Positions 1 through 6,737 of a stretch of 14,080 bases of DNA are shown here, one piece after another. A program made the position numbers and the translations under genes. Source of the stretch: Candidatus Altarchaeum sp. (GTDB taxonomy: Archaea; Altiarchaeota; Altiarchaeia; Altiarchaeales; Altiarchaeaceae); assembly GCA_018260615.1 (NCBI GenBank), contig JAGWDQ010000018.1:1-14080 (forward strand). The letters run 5' to 3'. Below the pieces are notes generated by a model, which ran no database searches, had not been told where the DNA came from, and saw only the letters and a program-made list of their open reading frames with translations. Position 1 is the first letter of the stretch; the number at the start of each line of letters is the position of its first letter.

Positions 1-2
1 CT

Positions 3-779
3 TTATGCAGTTATATTGAAATTAATTGTCTTTGTGCTTTCTTTTGCATTGAATGATGTTTTTATGTAAAATTTATACTTTCCAGTTGCCGCATCACCTG
101 GAATTTCCCAGGATACATTAAATTCATCATTTGGAAATCCATAATCGCTGTTTGGCACTACATTTACATAATATCTCTTATAATCAAAAATTTCTACCCA
201 TCCTGGTTTGCTTTCATTATAATACTTTAAATTCACATCTATTCTTCCGTCCTCTATATTTGTATCTTTGTTTTTAATCGTTCCTTCAAGAACAGCATAA
301 TAGTCAACGCTTTTGTTATAAATTTTACTGTCATTAAAATTTAAAGTATAATCATTACTTCCAAGAGTTAATGTTGAATTGTCATAGTTGCCGACATAAA
401 CATTATATGACTTGGCTGTTTTTATTTCAGGAAGAACTATTTTATAATATCCCTCTTTATCTGTTACATTCCATGCCAAAACAGTCTCATTACCTTTATA
501 TTTTACAGTTACATTAATATCTTTAACTGCCTTTCCTGTTGCATCTATTGCTTTTCCACTAATTATGGGGTTATTTGATGCCCCAATAAAAGGAATATTT
601 ACCGTATACTGTTCTCCTGGGTTTAATAATACAGTTCCGAAGTATTTTTCATAAACCCATGCTCCCATAACAATACTTATTATAATTATTCCGACTACTG
701 CAAAAACTATTCTTCTTTTATTTTTCTTTTTTTCTTCAACATCATCTATTTCATCTGCCCTGACTTTATCTGTGCCCAT
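3..779 (-). CDS. Membrane-anchored surface (glyco)protein with beta-rich extracellular domain(s), carboxypeptidase-regulatory/Ig-like resemblance
   Basis: 258 aa, complete (TAA at 3-5). Charged N-terminus KKKNKRR, then one hydrophobic span IVFAVVGIIIISIVMGAWVY. ISGKAIDATGKAVKDINVTV...TDKEGYY resembles carboxypeptidase regulatory-like (CarboxypepD_reg) domains. Nine N-X-S/T sequons. Confidence 0.7.
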   Translation of the reverse strand: MGTDKVRADEIDDVEEKKKNKRRIVFAVVGIIIISIVMGAWVYEKYFGTVLLNPGEQYTVNIPFIGASNNPIISGKAIDATGKAVKDINVTVKYKGNETVLAWNVTDKEGYYKIVLPEIKTAKSYNVYVGNYDNSTLTLGSNDYTLNFNDSKIYNKSVDYYAVLEGTIKNKDTNIEDGRIDVNLKYYNESKPGWVEIFDYKRYYVNVVPNSDYGFPNDEFNVSWEIPGDAATGKYKFYIKTSFNAKESTKTINFNITA

Positions 780-1066
780 TTTATTTTAAATTAAATTTTT
801 ATTTTTAAATTAAATTTAGAACATTAAATATTAAGAATAATATATTAAGAATACATTTCCAATCATGTCTTTAAATTTCTCTTTAAAATCCCCCAACTAG
901 AGATAAAAACGATTAAAAACTTCCATTGACCTCTTATAAAATCTCTATATAGTTGACACCTCCAAAATTTCACTGCATATTTTTGGAACAACAGAAAATT
1001 TGAAATTTTACCTGCCACATTTCTCTTTCTCAACTTGTTCCATAGAACGATTGTTGCCATTTATTT

Positions 1067-1753
1067 TTAAAATTTACCCAAATTTAAATAATTTTTGTGA
1101 AATTTTAATGTTTCTTTAATGATGAATTTCTTAATCTTTGTCCATGTAAGTGTGCTGTCAAATATTTTTAAGCCCCTTCCATTGCTGCTTATCTCCCCGC
1201 CCGCGTCTTCAAAATAAACGAGTGCCTTCAATATCAAAGTTGTAGAGTATTCAGGATATTTCTCCTTTGTCCATTCAATGATTTTTTCCAGCCCGAATGT
1301 ACGCATCAAAAAATAAATATCTGTAAAATCCCTGAATTTGCCCCGCTGAACGATAGCAATAATTTTCATCGCGGCTATATCTTCAACCGAAGCAACATAT
1401 ATATCCTGAAATGAAAATAGTTGCCTGATTAGTTTATAGGGGTAGTAAAAACACGAGATGTGTATATTTCCAACCATCAAATCCGTCGTTTCGGGCGTGT
1501 CCATATTAATTGTTACGGAATAACCTTCTTTTTTGAAGACCTCTGTAAAATATCCTGCAATGTTCAGTTTTTTTGAACTGTAAAAATCAAAATCAGCTGA
1601 TGTTCTATGATTAAGATAAAATGTTAACGCGGTTCCACCGGCCAGATATATGTCGAACCTTTTTGTAAATGCCAGTTTATTGAATATTTCAGTCTGCTCT
1701 TTATTGAGCGCGGTTAAATATTCGGGCTTGAGGATAGATCTTTTTAATTGCAT
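1067..1753 (-). CDS. AbiEii/AbiGii-family nucleotidyltransferase (type IV TA toxin-like)
   Basis: Motifs YLAGGTAL, HRTSADFDFYS and ASVEDIAAMKIIAIVQRGKFRDFTDIYFL are typical of AbiEii-type nucleotidyltransferases. Overlaps the upstream small gene by 53 nt. Confidence 0.85.
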   Translation of the reverse strand: MQLKRSILKPEYLTALNKEQTEIFNKLAFTKRFDIYLAGGTALTFYLNHRTSADFDFYSSKKLNIAGYFTEVFKKEGYSVTINMDTPETTDLMVGNIHISCFYYPYKLIRQLFSFQDIYVASVEDIAAMKIIAIVQRGKFRDFTDIYFLMRTFGLEKIIEWTKEKYPEYSTTLILKALVYFEDAGGEISSNGRGLKIFDSTLTWTKIKKFIIKETLKFHKNYLNLGKF

Positions 1754-2024
1754 TTTTATATGTCTCTTTATTTATTCGTATTTTTAAGAACATAAGCCAG
1801 TAATTCAGCGATTGAGGATGCCAAAACCCTTTACCCGGATTTCTTACAACATCCCTTATTTCTTTAACAGAGTATGTTTTGAAAAGCCATCTTATTTGTT
1901 CGTCTGTGCCGTGATTTAATATATTTTCAATAATAAGTTTGTTATCCTTTTCCGTGTCAATTTTATTAATATCATACGACCACAATGCAGAGCGAACAAA
2001 ATCCGGGGTTTTTTTATTTTCCAT
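1701..2024 (-). CDS. DUF6922-like small protein, putative cognate antitoxin
   Basis: 107 aa. LWSYDINKIDTEKDNKLIIENILNHGTDEQIRWLFKTY matches the pattern of small proteins encoded directly upstream of AbiEii nucleotidyltransferases. Family name from recall, not a search. Confidence 0.65.
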   Translation of the reverse strand: MENKKTPDFVRSALWSYDINKIDTEKDNKLIIENILNHGTDEQIRWLFKTYSVKEIRDVVRNPGKGFWHPQSLNYWLMFLKIRINKETYKNAIKKIYPQARIFNRAQ

Positions 2025-2072
2025 TTTGGAATGAATTTTAAGGGCATAACTTATTCACAGAGTGCAAAAATT

Positions 2073-3128
2073 TCATACCTCTAAAACAGACCTGTCCCCC
2101 ACCACAAATTTTTTTCCCTTTGGTATCGTCTGCTTTTTAAAAATTTTTACCTCTTTTCCAATCAGAGAATCATAAATTTTTCTGATTTCCGAAATTTCCG
2201 CTTTATCCAGAACAATTGAATTCTCAATCTCTGTATTCTGCAGTTTGCAAAAATTTCCGATGCTTGTATATGGTCCGATGTATGACTCATTAATCTCGCA
2301 GTTTTTCCCTATGATTACAGGCCCTCTTATTGTTGAATTTGAAATTTTTGAGTCCCTGTCAATAAAAACCCTTCCTTCAATCCTCGTGTTTTCAGCATTT
2401 CCCAAATTTCCTTCCTTTAATGAATCCAGAATCAGGCGATTTGCATCAATCATATCTTCTGCCCTTCCCGTATCTTTCCACCATCCGTTTGTAATCCTTG
2501 CAGGTACTTTAAATTTATTCTCTATGAGCCACTGAATTGCATCGGTAATTTCCAGTTCGTTTCTCCACGAGGGTTTTATTGCATCGCATGCGTCAAAAAT
2601 TTTATTCTTGAATGCATAGACGCCAATTAATGCCAGGTCGGAAATAAATTCCTTTGGTTTTTCAACTAATTTAATTACTTCTCCGTTGTCATTTAATTTT
2701 GCAACTCCATACCTGCTTGGCTCATCAACCTTACAAAGCAGAATTCTCGCCGATTCGTCTGACTCTTCAAAGCCATCAACAAAGTCCTTAAGACACTGCA
2801 TTAAAATATTATCTCCGAGATACATCACAAATGATTCATTATTGATAAATTTCTTTGCTATTTTTACTGCATGTGCCAGACCTATCGGTGCATCCTGGGG
2901 AATAAATGTAAATTTTGCATCAAATTTTGCATTATTTACTGCCTTTTCAACCTGCTCTTTGTTCGGACCTACTATAATTCCAATGTCCTTTATTCCTGCT
3001 TCAATCAGGTCCTCAATTCCGTAAAACAAAACCGGCTTGTTTGCTACGGGAATTAATTGCTTTTGCTGCGAATATGTCAATGGTCTTAATCTTGTTCCCT
3101 CTCCCCCTGAAAGTATCAGTCCTTTCAT
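2073..3128 (-). CDS. rfbA: Glucose-1-phosphate thymidylyltransferase, long form with C-terminal left-handed beta-helix
   Basis: GLILSGGEGTRLRPLT, KQLIPVANKP, EKP and WWKDTG motifs; hexapeptide-repeat C-terminus; 351 aa; rfb gene context. Confidence 0.93.
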   Translation of the reverse strand: MKGLILSGGEGTRLRPLTYSQQKQLIPVANKPVLFYGIEDLIEAGIKDIGIIVGPNKEQVEKAVNNAKFDAKFTFIPQDAPIGLAHAVKIAKKFINNESFVMYLGDNILMQCLKDFVDGFEESDESARILLCKVDEPSRYGVAKLNDNGEVIKLVEKPKEFISDLALIGVYAFKNKIFDACDAIKPSWRNELEITDAIQWLIENKFKVPARITNGWWKDTGRAEDMIDANRLILDSLKEGNLGNAENTRIEGRVFIDRDSKISNSTIRGPVIIGKNCEINESYIGPYTSIGNFCKLQNTEIENSIVLDKAEISEIRKIYDSLIGKEVKIFKKQTIPKGKKFVVGDRSVLEV

Positions 3129-3297
3129 CTTAATTTTTTAAATTTTCTTCTGTGATTCCATTGTCACTATTTTTTAACTAATGTCTGCTGCCGATCATTT
3201 TTGGAGTTTTAAAATTATTAATAATTTAACTTAATCAACTAAATATTTGAAATTAAAAATTTTTATCGTACAGGAAAGTTCGTTTTATTTTTGGTCC

Positions 3298-3509
3298 CTC
3301 ACACCAAGACACAGAGACACAAAGGAGTTATATTCTGTAACCTGGTGACTTTGTGGCTTTTTCAAAACCCAAAGGTTTTGAAAATCTCCGAGCATTTTCA
3401 AAACGCATTTTCAAAACGCAGAGTTTTGAAAATCTCCGAGCAAGAGCGAGGTGAGAGTTTTGAAAATCTCCGAGCAAGAGCGAGGTGAACAGCGAGGTTA
3501 TTGTGTGAG
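3298..3509 (+). repeat. Family-A palindromic element copy A1 (70 bp, split by a 142-bp family-B insertion)
   Basis: 3298-3358 plus 3501-3509 reconstitutes CTCACACCAAGACACAGAGACACAAAGGAG...GGTGACTTTGTGGCTTTGTGTGAG. This is 67/70 identical to the reverse complement of the copy at 13893-14010 once its insert is removed. Confidence 0.88.
3359..3500 (+). mobile_element. Family-B double-hairpin mini-element, nested compound copy (142 bp), no target-site duplication
   Basis: Starts TTTTCAAAAC, ends GCGAGGTTA. The outer unit (3359-3394 plus 3489-3500) holds a 94-bp internal B-type segment, which contains a 13-bp tandem duplication (3395-3407/3408-3420) and a perfect 34-bp tandem duplication (3421-3454/3455-3488). 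Removing it restores element A exactly. Confidence 0.7.
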
Positions 3510-3555
3510 TATTATTCTGATTTTTTTATCGTACAAGAAAGTTCGTTTTATGAGC

Positions 3556-3619
3556 CTCACACGGAGACACCGGGACACAACGGGGAAATACACTCTGTGA
3601 CTTTGTGACTTTGTGTGAG
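3556..3619 (+). repeat. Family-A palindromic element copy A2 (diverged, 64 bp), 13 nt downstream of the rfbD stop
   Basis: CTCACACGGAGACACCGGGACACAAC...TGTGACTTTGTGACTTTGTGTGAG. Same termini as A1. Several substitutions give G.T pairs on the + strand. Confidence 0.85.
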
Positions 3620-3632
3620 CATTTTTTAAATT

Positions 3633-4487
3633 TTACCCAAATTCATCTTTAAATTTGGAAATTGTCTCTTCAAAACCGTTCATCTTATAAAAGTTATTAT
3701 TCCTGCTTTTTATATCTGAAAACTGCGGTCTTTTTGCCTTGCCTTTAAAATATTCTTCATAAGTTGTTGCTTTAATTAATGAATCATCCAAACCGAATGC
3801 CCTGGCGATGATTTTTCCGCATTCGTAAGGAGAAAGTACCTGACTTCCGACAATGTGAAAAATTTCCGGTTTAAAATTTTTTGATAAAAGAAATTCCCTC
3901 AAAGCATAAGCAATATCATCAATGAATGTCGGGACAATTAACGAGTCAGTAACCATTGACAGTGTCTTTCCCTGCTCCAGTAACAATTTTATGTTTCGGA
4001 CAATGTCCGGCTTATTACCAAATTTTGTTCTATACGGATAAGAAAGACGAATTATTGTTCCGTTTCCGTTCACAATTTTTTCGCCTTCATACTTTGTTGA
4101 GCCGTAATATGAAATTGGATTTGGATTTGAGTCCTCAAAAAACGGTGTCTTTTGCTTTTTTCCGTCAAATACAAAGTCGGTTGAAATATAAATAAAATTT
4201 TTGTTCAATGAATTGACAGCATCAAAAACATTTCTTGTTCCTTCAACATTAATTTTCCAGACCTTTTCTTTTTCAATCTCTGCTTTATCAACATTTGTAT
4301 ATGCCGCCAGATGAAGAAACACATCAAAATTTAGGTTTTTCAATGTATTAAAAACGCTCTCTCTGTTTGTAATATCCATCTGCTGTTCCAATATCAAATG
4401 GACATCAAAATTTTCATCTGCTTTTAAAATTTCAACAATCATGGAACCGACAAGTCCGCCTCCTCCTGTTATCCCCACCCTGATCAT
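3633..4487 (-). CDS. rfbD: dTDP-4-dehydrorhamnose reductase (full-length copy)
   Basis: 284 aa. Rossmann GITGGGGLVG, HLAAYTNVDKAE, YISTDFVFDG, catalytic YGSTK (YxxxK), and KAKRPQFS near the C-terminus. Confidence 0.92.
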   Translation of the reverse strand: MIRVGITGGGGLVGSMIVEILKADENFDVHLILEQQMDITNRESVFNTLKNLNFDVFLHLAAYTNVDKAEIEKEKVWKINVEGTRNVFDAVNSLNKNFIYISTDFVFDGKKQKTPFFEDSNPNPISYYGSTKYEGEKIVNGNGTIIRLSYPYRTKFGNKPDIVRNIKLLLEQGKTLSMVTDSLIVPTFIDDIAYALREFLLSKNFKPEIFHIVGSQVLSPYECGKIIARAFGLDDSLIKATTYEEYFKGKAKRPQFSDIKSRNNNFYKMNGFEETISKFKDEFG

Positions 4488-4619
4488 TTTTTATTTGTTA
4501 TGTTGCTTTTCATAATAATTTATGTATTCTCTCAAAATTTCTGGGTAAAATATAAAAATTTAGTATTTTTCACTGAAAAGTAGAGTAATATAATTCAATT
4601 TACCCTATTTTATTGAGGA

Positions 4620-4971
4620 GATACTAATTTATCCTATTTACAAAATTTTTTCTATTAACAACCTAATCTCCGCATTTTTATACCAATACTCACCTATAAA
4701 TATAAATTTTTTATCCCTTTTGTATTGGTATAAAGTATTACCTAACTTTGAAAGATATCTAAAAACACCTTTAAAATATATCTTTTTGGTGTCCCTATTT
4801 TATATCTTTAACAAAGGTAAAAATTCAATAACTTTCAAAGATAGGTATTAGTATAAAATTCTAATAGGAAATGAAATATAAAAAGGATTAGTAAAGGTCA
4901 TGTATTAGTGTAAATTGTCGGAGTTTAGGTTAACAATTAAATATAGAGTATTTGTTTATCTAATTAGTGTC
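4620..4971. other. Long non-coding imperfect palindrome with a repeated 13-bp motif
   Basis: In-register complementary blocks 4620-4629/4962-4971, 4660-4672/4919-4931 and 4677-4689/4902-4914, with near-register blocks 4713-4726/4875-4888 and 4736-4758/4828-4850. Motif GTATT(A/G)GT(A/G)TAAA at 4722, 4845 and 4902, and inverted at 4677. No ORF of 60 aa or more in 4488-5080. Confidence 0.6.
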
Positions 4972-5080
4972 CATCCATAAACTCATATTTTTGTTAAAAA
5001 TACAAAAATTCAAATATAAAATTGAAAATTTTCTCCAAAATTTTTTACTTTGTGGATGAACACCAAATAAAGACAAAACC

Positions 5081-6124
5081 TTATTTGTTAAACATATTTC
5101 TTTCTTCATCTTCACAAATCATGTGAGTGCGCAAATCATCGCGATATTTACGAATCCATTTGTCACCTTCTTTTACCCACATATACTGATTATGCACCAT
5201 AATACTTTTCCAGTTAACTGTTAGTTCTTTTCTATTAAGCTCTCCTGAAATAATAGTTATGAAGTCTTTACTTTGTCGAAAAACTGATTCGTAATCAACC
5301 TTTTTATTACTCAAAAGATTATTTAAAAGTTCGGCAACAATCCATGTTCCATATCCATGTATTCCTACAATAATAATATACTGGTTATTATTTTTATTCA
5401 TTCGAGCAAAAATACCATAATCTCGTTGAAGATTTATATTATCGTTGTATTTTTCGCCCTCTTTTAATTTCCTTGCCACTATGTAACATGGTTCTGTAGG
5501 TGATGCTAATAAATCCTCAATAATCTCATTATTAGAATCATTATATATCGCGATCTTTCTAACTGGATGGTCATTATTTTTTGACTCTCGGAAGTCTTCT
5601 ACAAACCAACATGGGAGTTTTAATTCTGTTAATAGCCAATCTTTCACTGATTTCATGTCTTCTTCATTTTCTATTTTTTTTTCATCAAAAATCTTTTTTA
5701 AAGCAGAATTTGCAGATGGAGAACAAATAAAAATTACATTACCCTCTAATGATGTATCCGCAACAGAGTCATCTTTTACAATTCCCTTTAAATCTAAATT
5801 ATCTTTTCCGAGATATGTGGTTAAAAGATGGATTGCATAAAAGTCACCCTCACTAATCAACGGAAAAGGCGTTGATCTATACTGAACTGGGAAAAAACAT
5901 TTATATTTTTTCTGTTTATTTTTTTCTTTGTCTTTAAGAACAAAAAAATCATTTACACATTTATGAGTTACTGAAGATGTGGTAAGTTTTTCTGCAATTC
6001 CTTTTGTTTGATTTCCCATATATTCTAATTTTTTAAGATGTTGGTATTGTGTGTAAGCAATATAAATTGCAACACATATTGCGACTAACGTCAATATAAT
6101 CCCTATATCCTCCGTTGAAACCAT
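5081..6124 (-). CDS. Hypothetical protein with a single N-terminal transmembrane helix (cargo between the rfbD repeats)
   Basis: 347 aa. TM span IGIILTLVAICVAIYIAY. NVIFICSPSANSA and DYGIFARM...YIIIVGIHGYGTWIVAELL loosely recall the flavodoxin-like S-layer C-terminal motif pair (N-x-I-x-x-GGP-x-x-N; DYG...GxxGxGT). No function recognised. Confidence 0.7.
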   Translation of the reverse strand: MVSTEDIGIILTLVAICVAIYIAYTQYQHLKKLEYMGNQTKGIAEKLTTSSVTHKCVNDFFVLKDKEKNKQKKYKCFFPVQYRSTPFPLISEGDFYAIHLLTTYLGKDNLDLKGIVKDDSVADTSLEGNVIFICSPSANSALKKIFDEKKIENEEDMKSVKDWLLTELKLPCWFVEDFRESKNNDHPVRKIAIYNDSNNEIIEDLLASPTEPCYIVARKLKEGEKYNDNINLQRDYGIFARMNKNNNQYIIIVGIHGYGTWIVAELLNNLLSNKKVDYESVFRQSKDFITIISGELNRKELTVNWKSIMVHNQYMWVKEGDKWIRKYRDDLRTHMICEDEERNMFNK

Positions 6125-6135
6125 TTTCCCTCTTA

Positions 6136-6702
6136 TTAATTTATAGTTATTTTGCTAACTTTTGATACATTAATTATTATTTGAATATATTTAAATTGAA
6201 TACTTATACTTCTTACAAAGTCAAGTTTATTATCAAATTTTGTTCTATACGGATAAGAAAGACGAATTATTGTTCCGTTTCCTTCCACAATTTTTTCGCC
6301 TTCATACTTTGTTGAGCCGTAATATGAAATCGGATTTGGATTTGAGTCCTCAAAAAACGGTGTCTTTTGCTTTTTTCCGTCAAATACAAAGTCGGTTGAA
6401 ATATAAATAAAATTTTTGTTCAATGAATTGACAGCATCAAAAACATTTCTTGTTCCTTCAACATTAATTTTCCAGACCTTTTCTTTTTCAATCTCTGCTT
6501 TATCAACATTTGTATATGCCGCCAGATGAAGAAACACATCAAAATTTAGGTTTTTCAATGTATTAAAAACGCTCTCTCTGTTTGTAATATCCATCTGCTG
6601 TTCCAATATCAAATGGACATCAAAATTTTCATCTGCTTTTAAAATTTCAACAATCCTGGAACCGACAAGTCCGTCTCCCCCTGCCATCGCTATCCTTATC
6701 AT
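6136..6702 (-). pseudogene. rfbD: 3'-truncated rfbD copy (188 aa; homology lost after about residue 166)
   Basis: 6234-6673 matches 4019-4458 with 4 mismatches in 440 bp. Keeps the Rossmann motif and YxxxK but lacks the ~115-aa C-terminal part, ending in an unrelated tail SIQFKYIQIIINVSKVSKITIN. Confidence 0.8.
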
Positions 6703-6737
6703 TTTTGTTAAATTTTGTTATTTAAATTTTGTATTTA

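Larger units (their letters stand above)
3260..3551 (+). repeat. 29-bp direct repeat (3260-3288 and 3523-3551) preceding each family-A palindrome
   Basis: TTTTTATCGTACA(G/A)GAAAGTTCGTTTTAT, one mismatch, 263 bp apart. Confidence 0.85.

Noticed and set aside
780-862. Short AT-rich direct repeats (TTTTAAATTAAATTT, ATATTAAGAATA)
   Set aside because: Low-complexity sequence expected at this AT content; a promoter is likely here but no specific TATA/BRE can be singled out.
863-1060. 65-aa ORF downstream of the AbiEii gene
   Set aside because: No recognisable motif and atypical composition; could be a decayed gene but cannot be supported.
2245-3056. Plus-strand ORFs 2245-2535, 2686-3024 and 2871-3056
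   Set aside because: Antisense shadows of rfbA.
3291-3488. 65-aa ORF MVPHTKTQRHK...
   Set aside because: GTG-started reading through the A and B repeats; a translation by-product of the repeat.
3298-3619. Canonical integron attC sites
   Set aside because: Post-stop position and strand bias are attC-like, but the RYYYAAC / GTTRRRY boxes are absent and no integrase is in the window.
3260-3620. CRISPR array
   Set aside because: The repeats are nested or tandem, with no series of equal-length unique spacers, and no cas genes are present.
3956-4195. Plus-strand ORF in rfbD, and 5655-5840 in the cargo gene
   Set aside because: Antisense shadows with no independent evidence.
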